A stretch of DNA of 64,000 bases, from the IMG/VR virus record IMGVR_UViG_3300008113_000102. One strand, written 5' to 3'. Every line of letters starts with the position of its first letter. The first letter of the stretch is position 1. The notes beneath the pieces were generated by a model. The model was given only the letters and a program-made list of their open reading frames with translations. It was not told where the DNA came from and did not search any database. Shown piece after piece: positions 17,397-27,603 of the stretch. The position numbers and the translations under genes are program-made. This stretch comes from an uncultured virus (IMG/VR IMGVR_UViG_3300008113_000102). Lineage: Duplodnaviria > Heunggongvirae > Uroviricota > Caudoviricetes.

Positions 17397-19444
17397 AGAT
17401 ATTATTTTTAACTCCACATCTTAGTACAGGTGGCTGCCCTCAATTCGTATTAAAGAGGTTAGAAAGCATGAGAAACCACACTGATAATCAATATTATGTA
17501 GTAGAATATCAGTGCCATGGATTAGATTATGTGGTCCAAAGGAACACTATAAAGGAACTAATTGGTAGTAATTTTACTACCCTTTATGAGAATAAGATGG
17601 AGCTATTTGATGTGATAGAATACTTCCAACCTGATATAATCCATATAGATGAAATGTCTGAAAGATTAGATAGGGAAATGGTAAAGAAGCTTTACAACCC
17701 AGATAGAAAGTACCGAATAGTAGAAACGTGTCATGATATTTCGTTTGATCCGAATAGCAAACTATTTCACCCAGACCTATATTCTTTTTGTACTCCGTAT
17801 CATGAAGAAACATTTGCAGACTTGGAATCAAAGTACGTTACAATACTTTATCCAATAGAAGAACAGAACCTTAAAAAGTTCCAAACGATATGTCAAGATG
17901 AACTTAAATTTGATAGAAACAAAAAACATGTGCTGAATGTAGGCTTATGGACTCCGGGCAAGAATCAAAAGGAAGGGCTTCAAATAGCAAAAAAATACCC
18001 TGACATGATGTTTCACTTTGTTGGTAATCAAGCAGGGAACTTTAAAGACTATTGGGAACCATTGATGCAGGACTTACCAGCAAACGTATGGGTATGGGGC
18101 GAAAGGACTGATATTGATACATTCATGACAGCATCAGATATATTCATGTTTAACTCTACATGGGAATGTAACCCATTAGTGCTTCGTGAGGCCATCGGAC
18201 ATGGGTTGCCTATTGTTGCGCGGAATCTTCCGCAGTATGCCGGAATGTATGATGAATTTCTGTATGACATCAATACGGACTTGGAATTAATAGCCAAATA
18301 CCCCAATACTTATGTTGTACCAAAGGACAACAAATCTATTCACTTCGCACTGAAACATCAGGAAGCCTACGAAAAGATATTAGAACTGCCAGCACAAGTA
18401 CAGAAGGTTCGTGTTATACAACACTTCATTAATCACCCTTTCCTTGAAATCAAAGGAGAGAGCGATAGTGATTTTGATGTTAGATTCTATGATGAAAATG
18501 ATGTGTGCCATTACCAAAACACAATCAAAAGCAATAGCTGGGTAAGGCTTAATAGACAATACTATACCAAATGGAAAACGTATGTATACCAAGATGGTGA
18601 GCTTATCTATGAAAACGTATTGGATTTACATGATAAAAAGGTATTCATATCAATAGAAAGCAGTGCGCTTGGAGATACTATTGCATGGTCAGCTTATGCT
18701 TTAGAGTTCCAAAAGAAGCATGGCTGCAAGGTTGTTTTGTCTACTTTTCATAATAAAATACTGGACTACCCTGAACTTGAATTAGTGGAACCCGGAAGCT
18801 CTGTAAACTGCTATGCCATGTACAAGATTGGCTGGCACTACGATACCAATAGGGAACCAGAATTACCAAACACAATACCACTTCAAAAAGCTGCTACTAA
18901 TATTTTAGGCTTAAAGTATACCGAAATTCGCCCCAAATTATTTACCAAGAGAGAATGTCCAGAACATAACAGATACATCACCATTGCCACTAATTCTACG
19001 CTAGGATGTAAATTCTGGGTAAGAGAGGAATGGCAGAAACTAATTAACCATTATACCGAACAAGGATATAAAGTATACAATGTTTCCAAAGAAATAAACC
19101 CATTTGACAATTGCCCACAGATACCAGATACATCAATGGAATCAACAATGGATTGGATATACCATAGTACGTTCTTTGTAGGGCTTAGCAGTGGCCTTAG
19201 CTGGTTGGCATGGGCTTTAGGTAAACAAGTAGTACTAATAAGTAATTTTAGTGAATACGACCACGAGTTCCTTAGCAACTGCATACGAATCACGAATGAT
19301 AAAGTATGTCACGGATGTTGGAATAAACGTGACATAAAATTTGACAAAGGCGATTGGAATTGGTGTCCTTATCAAAAGAACTTTGAGTGCCAGACATCAA
19401 TAACCGCAGATATGGTAATCAATAAAATCAGTCGTTACTTCTAA
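17393..19444 (+). CDS. GT4-like glycosyltransferase fused to an Aah/TibC-like O-heptosyltransferase domain
   Basis: KNQ...STWECNPLVLREA (GT4); ALGDTIAW, GLSSGLSWLAW, CHGCWN...WCP...C. Confidence 0.8.
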   Translation: MKILFLTPHLSTGGCPQFVLKRLESMRNHTDNQYYVVEYQCHGLDYVVQRNTIKELIGSNFTTLYENKMELFDVIEYFQPDIIHIDEMSERLDREMVKKLYNPDRKYRIVETCHDISFDPNSKLFHPDLYSFCTPYHEETFADLESKYVTILYPIEEQNLKKFQTICQDELKFDRNKKHVLNVGLWTPGKNQKEGLQIAKKYPDMMFHFVGNQAGNFKDYWEPLMQDLPANVWVWGERTDIDTFMTASDIFMFNSTWECNPLVLREAIGHGLPIVARNLPQYAGMYDEFLYDINTDLELIAKYPNTYVVPKDNKSIHFALKHQEAYEKILELPAQVQKVRVIQHFINHPFLEIKGESDSDFDVRFYDENDVCHYQNTIKSNSWVRLNRQYYTKWKTYVYQDGELIYENVLDLHDKKVFISIESSALGDTIAWSAYALEFQKKHGCKVVLSTFHNKILDYPELELVEPGSSVNCYAMYKIGWHYDTNREPELPNTIPLQKAATNILGLKYTEIRPKLFTKRECPEHNRYITIATNSTLGCKFWVREEWQKLINHYTEQGYKVYNVSKEINPFDNCPQIPDTSMESTMDWIYHSTFFVGLSSGLSWLAWALGKQVVLISNFSEYDHEFLSNCIRITNDKVCHGCWNKRDIKFDKGDWNWCPYQKNFECQTSITADMVINKISRYF

Positions 19445-19445
19445 T

Positions 19446-19476
19446 AAAAAAAGCAGGTTCGCAGCCTGCTTAATTT
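19446..19476. terminator. Terminator between convergent genes
   Basis: A-tract, AAGCAGGTT-CGC-AGCCTGCTT hairpin. Confidence 0.7.
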
Positions 19477-19503
19477 ATTATTATAAACCACTAAATCAAA
19501 AAC

Positions 19504-19845
19504 TTATTTATCCAATTCGTTGCTTAAATCAACGATTGTTTTTGATACTACTCCCCATTTCATTTCTTTGAAGAGTTCTTTTAGCTTGGTAAAATCAGCA
19601 TCTTCTAATTCTAAAGTGGCTTTTCTATCAAGAAATTCATCTTTAAAATCTTCTGGGTTGATTTCAAAAAGCTCTTTGTGCTTTTCAACTTCTCCTAATA
19701 TACGGAGTCTTTTGATCATCTCATCAACATTAAATCCGCCTTGAGTTGGATTGTTGATTGCTGATTTTAATAAATCATAAGTGGTTAAAAAGGTATCTCT
19801 ACCACCAATGTTTTCTTTAGCTACTACTAGTTCAATTGATTTCAT
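19504..19845 (-). CDS. Hypothetical protein
   Basis: 113 aa ORF with upstream TAGTTTTG element. Confidence 0.7.
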   Translation of the reverse strand: MKSIELVVAKENIGGRDTFLTTYDLLKSAINNPTQGGFNVDEMIKRLRILGEVEKHKELFEINPEDFKDEFLDRKATLELEDADFTKLKELFKEMKWGVVSKTIVDLSNELDK

Positions 19846-19896
19846 AAATATATATTTTTAACAAAACTAATAAATTAATTTAATTAAACAAAATAT

Positions 19897-20280
19897 TTAT
19901 GGAGCAGTTGTTGTAGTTGTTGTAGGAGCTGCCGTAGTTGTGGTAGTTGTGGTTGGAAGCCATGGAAGCGGCGGCGAAACAATCGGAGGGTTAATTAGAT
20001 TGGCAATTTGCGTATCTAAATTAGCGTCTATAGCTGCCACATCCATTGATGATTCTAACCAGCCACATACAATATCAAATGTCAAATCCTCATAAGGAAT
20101 GAAGTTTTCTACATTATCAGGGCTGAATGACTGAGTACTATACACATCTGCATTATACTCTTTTCCATCTACTATTTCATGAGCTTGTCTGCGCCAGTGG
20201 CAAACAACTACGAAATCCTTTAAATCGCCATCTTGTGGCAAACAATCCAATTGCGAAATTAACCAGTTGTAAACTATCAT
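19897..20280 (-). CDS. Tail-fibre-associated protein with Thr-rich C-terminal tail
   Basis: FIPYEDLT...VCGWL...LPW then TTTTTTTAAPTTTTTTAP; start revised to ATG 20280. Confidence 0.65.
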   Translation of the reverse strand: MIVYNWLISQLDCLPQDGDLKDFVVVCHWRRQAHEIVDGKEYNADVYSTQSFSPDNVENFIPYEDLTFDIVCGWLESSMDVAAIDANLDTQIANLINPPIVSPPLPWLPTTTTTTTAAPTTTTTTAP

Positions 20281-20293
20281 TTTTATTTTATTT

Positions 20294-20998
20294 TTATTGT
20301 TTATAATATTCCCATTTGAACCCATACCTCTGTTTGCTCAACCCTTTGCAACAATGTGATACATTGGATTGATCAAAATTCAAATCTCTTTCTATTTGAC
20401 AAGAAGATTCCCATTTTTTTATAAAATTACCATTTAAATCATATTGAATTATAGGTTTTTTTATTTTTGAATCAGACATTTTCTTTTTTGTTAAATCTGA
20501 ATGCTTTCTACCCTTGGCTTTAATTCCTAAATTTCTAGCATTTGCTAAAACTTTTTCGCTATTTCTTAACCCTTCTGTTATTTTAGCTCTTAATTCAGGA
20601 TCTTTATTTCTTTTACTCATCCTTTCGGCCATCTTTTCTTTTTGCTCATCAGTAAAAATCCTTCTTCTGTTTGCTTCTGCAACACTTTTTCTAGTTTTTT
20701 CTGATATTATTGCATTTAAAGCTCCATCTCCGCCATTCGTCATGTTAACTAAACATCCATTTTTTAAATCAATTCTGCCATATAATTTAATAAATTCTTT
20801 TTCTTTTTCACAGGCTTGCTCCCAAGTTAAATCATCCATAAGTATTTCTACTTCATAACCTCCTTTATTGGCTACCTTTTTCCAAAAATCACTTCTACTC
20901 TTATGTCTATATGCTCTATTGTAATACTTGCTTGAGCCTATCCCTATATAGAAAGGTTCGTTTTTGTCAAGTCTGATATGTCTATAAACGTATGCCAA
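20294..20998 (-). CDS. GIY-YIG-like homing endonuclease with NUMOD-type repeats
   Basis: YVYRH...FYIGIG...R, HSDLTKKKMS, IIQYDLNGNFIKKW. Confidence 0.85.
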   Translation of the reverse strand: MAYVYRHIRLDKNEPFYIGIGSSKYYNRAYRHKSRSDFWKKVANKGGYEVEILMDDLTWEQACEKEKEFIKLYGRIDLKNGCLVNMTNGGDGALNAIISEKTRKSVAEANRRRIFTDEQKEKMAERMSKRNKDPELRAKITEGLRNSEKVLANARNLGIKAKGRKHSDLTKKKMSDSKIKKPIIQYDLNGNFIKKWESSCQIERDLNFDQSNVSHCCKGLSKQRYGFKWEYYKQ

Positions 20999-21007
20999 TT
21001 ATTTATT

Positions 21008-22549
21008 TTATTTGTTTTTTAATGTGTCTAATTCTGCTTTAAGTTCCTGCACTGCCTTTGTCAAAGTTGCTATAAGAGGCATTTCGCTTAAACCTATAAA
21101 ATTTCCACTCTCTACATAAGCCTGTGGAATATAGTCCTTAACCTCTTGTGCTATAAATCCTAAGTGCTTTTGAGTTCCGTATTCAGAATTCATTCTATAC
21201 ATGGTTGGCTTTAATCCCATAACGGCATCAAGACCTAAATTAGATAGCTCAAAATCTTTCTTTTTGTTGATGTCTGAAACGGCAGTATAAGCTCCTGTAG
21301 TTCCATTTATTGAAGCAAGGTTACCAACAGCACTGCTGTACACATAGACAGTTCCGCTATATGCGTACCAAGAAAAGAAACCTGATGCTGCCTGATTATT
21401 AAATAAATAACCTGCGGATGTTCTTACTTCTCCTGTAACATCTAATTTATAAGCAGGACTTGTAGTTCCAATCCCCACATTCCCAGCGCTTGTTATTCTC
21501 ATACGCTCGGAATACGACTCGCTTCCTACATTTCCTGTGTATGTGTATACCGCCATACCACCACCTGCTGCTGATAAAGTTGTTAGTGCAAACCCACCAT
21601 AAGTAGAAGCTCCATAATTCACTTGTATACCTGACTCATTCCCATTTGCACCACCATTTAATACTAATCTTGAAAACCCATTTGTATTTAAATTAGTTCC
21701 TATCCCTACATTTCCGTTTTTTAAAATACTCATTTTGTAACCTGCAACTGCTCCGTCAGTAGTTGAGTTATTATAAAAACCTAAAAAGTCATTAGCAGTA
21801 CTTGGCGATGTAGATGAAGCATACATAGTCCAATCAGTACCTGCATAAACTCCTGTACCTTCTAATCTTAAACCTACATAACCAGTTGTTGCATCTTTTA
21901 AATGTAATTTTTCGCTTGGGTTAGTTACTCCCATTCCAATTAACCCACCGCTTGTTATTCTCATACGTTCGGTAGAGTTAGTCCAAAAAGTTAATGGGTG
22001 ATTACTTTCTGCTACTAAATTTACTTGTTGAGATGATTCATTTGCAGTTGCTCTAAATTGAACAGATGTTCCACCACTTGCAGATTGAATAAATAAATTT
22101 GGAATTGCACCACCTGTAAATATTCCCTGCGTTGCCGTAACCGATGAACTAAATGTAGCTGCACCTGTTGAGGCTATTAATAGACGTTCAACTAACACAT
22201 TCGCATTAGCAGCATCAGCAGTTCTAAAACTAAAAGCGCCTGCATAATATTGTCCATCAGTTCTAACTGCGATTTCTGCGATATTATATCCACTTGGATA
22301 TAACTGCCTATAAGTTGTTGTAGTAACATCTGCAGATGTACTATATACAGTATTTCTTAATTGATAATTACCACCGCTTGTTATTGTTAAAAAGTCAACC
22401 GTATAGTTACTAAAAGCTAAATTATTCCCACTTGATGTATTGTATATCTGCCAGTCTGGTAATTCATAACCATAATCTGTTCCTCTGCCACCTGTAGAAG
22501 TAAACTGCGTTGCCGTAACCGATGAACTAAATGTAGCTGCACCTAGCAA
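21008..22549 (-). CDS. Tail fibre C-terminal part with S74 intramolecular chaperone
   Basis: GNVGIGT and ERMRITS repeats; SDINKKKD...LKP...GFIAQEV...KAVQEL. Confidence 0.85.
   Translation of the reverse strand: MLGAATFSSSVTATQFTSTGGRGTDYGYELPDWQIYNTSSGNNLAFSNYTVDFLTITSGGNYQLRNTVYSTSADVTTTTYRQLYPSGYNIAEIAVRTDGQYYAGAFSFRTADAANANVLVERLLIASTGAATFSSSVTATQGIFTGGAIPNLFIQSASGGTSVQFRATANESSQQVNLVAESNHPLTFWTNSTERMRITSGGLIGMGVTNPSEKLHLKDATTGYVGLRLEGTGVYAGTDWTMYASSTSPSTANDFLGFYNNSTTDGAVAGYKMSILKNGNVGIGTNLNTNGFSRLVLNGGANGNESGIQVNYGASTYGGFALTTLSAAGGGMAVYTYTGNVGSESYSERMRITSAGNVGIGTTSPAYKLDVTGEVRTSAGYLFNNQAASGFFSWYAYSGTVYVYSSAVGNLASINGTTGAYTAVSDINKKKDFELSNLGLDAVMGLKPTMYRMNSEYGTQKHLGFIAQEVKDYIPQAYVESGNFIGLSEMPLIATLTKAVQELKAELDTLKNK
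22127..22544. repeat. Exact 40-bp direct repeat (22127-22166 and 22505-22544)
   Basis: CTGCGTTGCCGTAACCGATGAACTAAATGTAGCTGCACCT at both sites. Confidence 0.9.
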
Positions 22550-25500
22550 CAGTAAATCTATCTACCCAAGTTTGTCCTGTTGATGTATTTGAACTTTGTA
22601 GTTTAAGTAAAAATAAACTTCCGTCATTGTCTGTTGCCCTTACTAATAAACCTTGTGAGTCATCTTGTATGTTTTGTAATGTTAAAGCATAGTCAGTAGA
22701 GGTAGCACTAAACCTACCCGTTCCACTCACATCAAGTTTATAAGTATCATTAGTATTACCCACAGATAAGTTACCTGAAGCGTTTAACGTCATAGCTTGT
22801 GTAAAGCTGATAGCGTTACCTGCCGTTCCTGTTGTTGAATTATAAAATGCTATTACCCCGTCATTTGGGTTCATAGATAATCTTGTAGCATATACACCTG
22901 TTGCACCATATGTAAATGTGTTTGCGCTACTTTCGTAAGCATAAGACATTAAATTTAATGCTCCGCTATTTTGTTGTGATAGTGATATAAAACTTGGAAG
23001 TTGTAATGCTTTTGAATTACTATTCCACGCACTTGGTGTTACTCCTAAACCTAAATTACCTGAAGCGTTTAACGTCATTGCTTGGGTAAAGGATATAGCG
23101 TTACCTGCCGTTCCTGAAGGGGCGGTAAACCAAAGATGAGAACCGCCACCTTGTCCATATATAGATGCAGCGCCCGTTTGTGTATAGATATTATTAGTTC
23201 CATTATAATACCTATTATTATCTACATAAGTTGTAGAACCATCTGCACTTAAACCGCCTCTACTTCCAAATTGAAAAGCAGTTTGTCCACTCCCCCACGC
23301 ACTCGGTGTAACTCCTAATCCTAAATTGCCTGAAGCGGATAATAATAATCTATCTGTTCCTGACGTTGCATCTGCTCCTTGTGAGTTACCTTGTCTAATA
23401 GTAAAATCTCCAAAGTTAGCATTGTTTGTTATTATACACCAATCTCTTGTTGCAGCATTTGTATTTGTTGCTCTCCAATATGCAGAAATAGAAGTTCCGT
23501 CAGAAATAGTTAATCTTGAATTTGTGTTTGGAGTAGCCGTATTAATACCTACATTTGTACCATTATCAAATATTTGACTATTACCAATAGTTGTACTTCC
23601 TGTAAACTTAGGTAGGTAGTTAGTAGTACCTGTTCCTGTTACTTGATTGGTAGGGGTAAATCCACTTGTACCAGAAGTAGCAGATGTCCCAGACGTGCCT
23701 GATGATCCTGAAGTACCATTTACAGCAGATGTCCCACTCGTACCTGTCGTACCAGACGTACCCGAACTGCCACTCGTACCGCTTGAACCAGACGTACCCG
23801 TACTACCAGATGTGCCAGACGTACCCGTACTACCACTAGTTCCTGACGTACCCCCCGTTCCATTTGTACCCGATGAACCTGACGTTCCAGTAGTACCAGA
23901 TGAACCAGATGTTCCGTTAAATCCTGATGTGCCGGACGTACCAGTCGTACCTGATGTACCAGTCGTACCCGAACTTCCAGAAGAACCAGATGAACCGCTC
24001 ACTCCTGAACTACCAGAGGTACCAGATGTGCCGTTTACACCACTACTTCCAGAGGTCCCTGTAGTACCAGACGTGCCTGAACTTCCTGAGCTTCCACTTG
24101 TTCCAGATGTTGTACCTACAGCTATACCAATTTGTTTGATATTGGTAATGATTGAAGGGGCTGCTGGTATACCACCTACTGCCGCTACTGCTGTAACTTG
24201 TGTATTAGCACTTGTTGATTGGAAATAAACCTCATAATAATCATTAGCACTTGCTTGGTCTATGATAGACACAAAAGGCAATTGCTTACCTGAATTTGAT
24301 TGCAAACCTAAAATAGAATCTGTTCTAATAATACTAGTACCATTCTTTTTAAGCCATATATCCACCTCTACAGCTGTACCACCTGAAGTAACTTCTATTT
24401 GTAAAGAGTAAGCTATTTCGTATACACCTGCATGTTGTACTGATATTTGAGATCCGCTAATAGAAGTACCATTTGAAATCTCAACATTATTATATGTAAT
24501 AGCTGTTGGAGTATTAATTCCACCAACCACTTGAGTTGTTGTACTTGAAAAAGAACCATACCAGTTGGCAATAGAAGCTCCTGAAGAACCATCTATACCA
24601 TTACGTCCTGACGTTCCCGAAGTCCCACTTGAACCAGAAGAACCTGAACTGCCTGATGTTCCAGTTGTACCTGAGGAACCTGATGTGCCTGTAGTACCTG
24701 ACGTACCGCTAACACCTGAAGTTCCTGACGTACCGCTTGATCCATCGCCTCCACTAGCACCATCTAAGTTTACTGTCCATGATGAATATGTTCCGGAACC
24801 CACTGTTCTAGTAGGAGCTGCAAACTGCAATGCTCCGGTTCCTGAGTTATATGAAATAACCTCACACTCTTGGAAGTTACTTGCATTATAAACTACAATG
24901 ATTGATTGAGCTGGCGAATACGCTAGCCCTGTCCCAACTGTTATAGATCCTGCATTACCAAGAGTAAAGGTTGATGTTGACGTTGTGTAATATTTATCTC
25001 CAGAATATCCTGAAGTTCCAGAAGTACCCGATGTAGCTGACGTACCTGAAGTACCGCTTGTCGCTGACGTACCTGAAGTGCCGCTTGTTGCTGAAGTTCC
25101 AGATGTACCCGAAGAACCAGACGTACCATCTATAGCAGACGTACCTGAAGAACCAGAGCTTCCCGAAGAACCTGATGAACCTGAAGTGCCGTCTATCCCC
25201 GATGTGCCATTTATTCCCGATGTACCTGATGTGCCGTTGCTTCCATCTAATCCAGAGCTGCCAGAGCTTCCAGAAGTACCATCAATTCCTGAAGTACCCG
25301 AAGTGCCATTACTACCATTCGCCCCAGAACTACCTGAACTTCCCGATGAACCTGAAGTCCCAGAAGAACCAGAAGTTGCTGAGCTTCCTGAAGTACCTGA
25401 TGTGCCATCTATACCTGAGCTGCCCGAAGTACCTGAAGTACCACTTGTGGCTGACGTACCTGACGTACCAGTGGTTCCTGACGTACCAGAGCTACCCGAT

Positions 25501-25979
25501 GTACCTGAACTTCCTGACGTACCAGTAGTGCCTGCTGTACCCGAAGTTCCATCAATTCCCGATGAGCCAGACGTACCAGAAGAACCGCTAGAAGCTGAAC
25601 TTCCGCTTGTACCTGATGAACCATTAAATCCAGATGTACCCGAACTACCAGAGGTACCAGTTGTACCCGATGTCCCATTGCTACCTGTGGTACCAGATGT
25701 GCCTGAGCTGCCACTAGTCGCTGAACTACCACTTGTGCCTGAAGAACCATTTAATCCCGAAGAACCAGAACTACCTGAAGATCCGCTTGTCCCGGTGCTA
25801 CCCGAAGAACCAGAAATACCAGATGAACCACTAGATCCTGATGTTCCAGATGAACCGCTAGATCCCGAAGTACCAATAGTACCAGAAGTATCTGCGGAAA
25901 CCAATCCGTTCACAGCTACCAAAACTCCATTTTCTTGACGAATTTGGAACTCTCCCGTTATTAAATTTTGTACAGCCAC
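22527..25979 (-). CDS. Tail fibre N-terminal part with long Gly-Ser/Thr repeats; frameshifted relative to 21008..22549
   Basis: (SGT/SGS)n tracts, GNLGLGVTPSAW and AISFTQAMTL modules. Confidence 0.85.
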   Translation of the reverse strand: MAVQNLITGEFQIRQENGVLVAVNGLVSADTSGTIGTSGSSGSSGTSGSSGSSGISGSSGSTGTSGSSGSSGSSGLNGSSGTSGSSATSGSSGTSGTTGSNGTSGTTGTSGSSGTSGFNGSSGTSGSSASSGSSGTSGSSGIDGTSGTAGTTGTSGSSGTSGSSGTSGTTGTSGTSATSGTSGTSGSSGIDGTSGTSGSSATSGSSGTSGSSGSSGSSGANGSNGTSGTSGIDGTSGSSGSSGLDGSNGTSGTSGINGTSGIDGTSGSSGSSGSSGSSGTSAIDGTSGSSGTSGTSATSGTSGTSATSGTSGTSATSGTSGTSGYSGDKYYTTSTSTFTLGNAGSITVGTGLAYSPAQSIIVVYNASNFQECEVISYNSGTGALQFAAPTRTVGSGTYSSWTVNLDGASGGDGSSGTSGTSGVSGTSGTTGTSGSSGTTGTSGSSGSSGSSGTSGTSGRNGIDGSSGASIANWYGSFSSTTTQVVGGINTPTAITYNNVEISNGTSISGSQISVQHAGVYEIAYSLQIEVTSGGTAVEVDIWLKKNGTSIIRTDSILGLQSNSGKQLPFVSIIDQASANDYYEVYFQSTSANTQVTAVAAVGGIPAAPSIITNIKQIGIAVGTTSGTSGSSGSSGTSGTTGTSGSSGVNGTSGTSGSSGVSGSSGSSGSSGTTGTSGTTGTSGTSGFNGTSGSSGTTGTSGSSGTNGTGGTSGTSGSTGTSGTSGSTGTSGSSGTSGSSGTSGTTGTSGTSAVNGTSGSSGTSGTSATSGTSGFTPTNQVTGTGTTNYLPKFTGSTTIGNSQIFDNGTNVGINTATPNTNSRLTISDGTSISAYWRATNTNAATRDWCIITNNANFGDFTIRQGNSQGADATSGTDRLLLSASGNLGLGVTPSAWGSGQTAFQFGSRGGLSADGSTTYVDNNRYYNGTNNIYTQTGAASIYGQGGGSHLWFTAPSGTAGNAISFTQAMTLNASGNLGLGVTPSAWNSNSKALQLPSFISLSQQNSGALNLMSYAYESSANTFTYGATGVYATRLSMNPNDGVIAFYNSTTGTAGNAISFTQAMTLNASGNLSVGNTNDTYKLDVSGTGRFSATSTDYALTLQNIQDDSQGLLVRATDNDGSLFLLKLQSSNTSTGQTWVDRFTVARCSYI

Positions 25980-25980
25980 C

Positions 25981-26493
25981 TTAAACGTATTTAAATTTTG
26001 TTGTATTTTTTAACTCGCCATTCAATCTTCTCCACAAATATTTTGCATTTACATTAATAGTATCAGCAGCTTCTTTAGCACCTTCATAAAAGACACCTGT
26101 TTCAGTATCTAATACAATTTTTTTAAATACATAACCATTTTTTGCCCCAAATCTTTCAGCAGCTATCCTGCCGCTTTCTCTTAAAGCTTCTGATATTTTT
26201 CTTAAACCTGTATCACAAGCATGTTTCATGTTTTCTGAGGGGGTAGCCCATTCCAAATTAAACAATAAATTGTTTGTTTTGACACCATCAATGTGATTTA
26301 CAGTTGCTTTATTTTCAGGGTTTTCAATATATGTTTGAGCTACTAACCTGTGAGCCAAATACGATTTACTCCCTATTTTAACATATACATAATCATTTTT
26401 AACAAAATTTTTCAAAAATCTCATTGTTTTCAAAGAAAATACTCTGCCATCCAATGTGATTAAATAGTCAGTCATTCCTTTAATTAATTTCAT
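25981..26493 (-). CDS. HNH homing endonuclease
   Basis: HRLVAQTYIENPENKATVNHIDGVKTNN...NLEW.T.SENMKHA. Confidence 0.92.
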   Translation of the reverse strand: MKLIKGMTDYLITLDGRVFSLKTMRFLKNFVKNDYVYVKIGSKSYLAHRLVAQTYIENPENKATVNHIDGVKTNNLLFNLEWATPSENMKHACDTGLRKISEALRESGRIAAERFGAKNGYVFKKIVLDTETGVFYEGAKEAADTINVNAKYLWRRLNGELKNTTKFKYV

Positions 26494-26504
26494 GTATATT
26501 CTTT

Positions 26505-27029
26505 TTATTGTTGAACAACTACTCTCACAAATTCATTATCGTAAAATGCAACCGCCACCGTTAATGCGCCTGTTGTCTTATCCCATACTACTTGGTTTCC
26601 TGTTGGAGTACCTGAAGTTAATATGGCACCTATATTGTTACCTTGTCTAAATGCGTTTACACATCTCTTACCAATTGCTTGTGGGAAGTATATTGTAAAT
26701 GAACCTAAGACTGCATTGTCTGAGTATTCAAATACACTAAAGTTACCACCACCGCCGGGGATTACACCGCCACCACCAGTTCCAGTTCCTAATATTTCTA
26801 TTGCCACTTGCAATTTAGAACCACATAGTGCATAAACATAATTAGAAGTTCCGGGGATTCCTGATAATGATTGGTCAATACCATATTGCAAAGCTTTTCT
26901 TTCTAGGTAAAGTTGTTGAGCCTTACGCGGATCAATACTTCCATTGAAGAAAGCATTTTGCTTAGGAATAGAATCATTCCATAAATATTGTGAAATTTCT
27001 GCTATAGATACTACTTCTTGTGGTGTCAT
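26505..27029 (-). CDS. Putative virion structural protein
   Basis: Tail-module context, Gly-rich linker. Confidence 0.6.
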   Translation of the reverse strand: MTPQEVVSIAEISQYLWNDSIPKQNAFFNGSIDPRKAQQLYLERKALQYGIDQSLSGIPGTSNYVYALCGSKLQVAIEILGTGTGGGGVIPGGGGNFSVFEYSDNAVLGSFTIYFPQAIGKRCVNAFRQGNNIGAILTSGTPTGNQVVWDKTTGALTVAVAFYDNEFVRVVVQQ

Positions 27030-27031
27030 GT

Positions 27032-27550
27032 TTAGAAGAATAAAGCTTGGTTAGTAGATATGTATGTTGCTCTGTTTAATGCAGCTTGTGCTGAATAAAT
27101 ATCAGAAGCAAATGTAATTGCCTGATCCGCACTATCAATTTCAACTCGTAATACTAGTTTCGTTTGGTACCAGTTGGTGCTTGCAGACAAATTAGAATTT
27201 GCAACTTGACTTTCAGTTAAGCCGTAATAAAAAGTTTCATTATATGCTGTAAATGCAAATGATATAGTCTTTGAAGTGACTACAGTATTTGTACTGCTCA
27301 TCCATTGTACAGTAATACTTAATGCAGAATCTTGAGATAACACATCTAAATCAATGCTTGTATCAACTAAATCCCAAACCACATAATCTGTAGTTGTTCC
27401 AGCCGGTACTAGAAACGTACCATTAGCTTGTAATAAATATACTCTGCGAGAAGTAATAGAACCATCACTTCCCGTACTTGTATCGGTTAATGTAATAACT
27501 GACGGAGTGCCACTAAATTGACTGGCCGTAAAATTAGGTACAAGAGGCAT
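27032..27550 (-). CDS. Putative virion structural protein
   Basis: Ser/Thr-rich beta protein, first gene after a TATATTTG element. Confidence 0.6.
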   Translation of the reverse strand: MPLVPNFTASQFSGTPSVITLTDTSTGSDGSITSRRVYLLQANGTFLVPAGTTTDYVVWDLVDTSIDLDVLSQDSALSITVQWMSSTNTVVTSKTISFAFTAYNETFYYGLTESQVANSNLSASTNWYQTKLVLRVEIDSADQAITFASDIYSAQAALNRATYISTNQALFF

Positions 27551-27568
27551 TTGCTTTAAATTTTACAC

Positions 27569-27576
27569 CAAATATA
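27569..27576 (-). promoter_or_regulatory. -7 promoter element TATATTTG
   Basis: Same octamer on - strand at 27569, 45899 and 52678 and on + at 55922, each just before probable structural genes. Confidence 0.65.
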
Positions 27577-27603
27577 AGAAAAATATGGCTATATTAAGCA
27601 AAA

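Noticed and set aside
21008..23120. Diversity-generating retroelement or invertase shufflon at the fibre repeats
   Set aside because: No reverse transcriptase or recombinase in the window; repeats are direct and lack an adenine-specific mismatch pattern
23647..25938. + strand Pro/Glu/Val-rich ORFs (23647, 24565, 25078)
   Set aside because: Antisense shadows of the Ser-Gly-Thr repeats of the tail fibre
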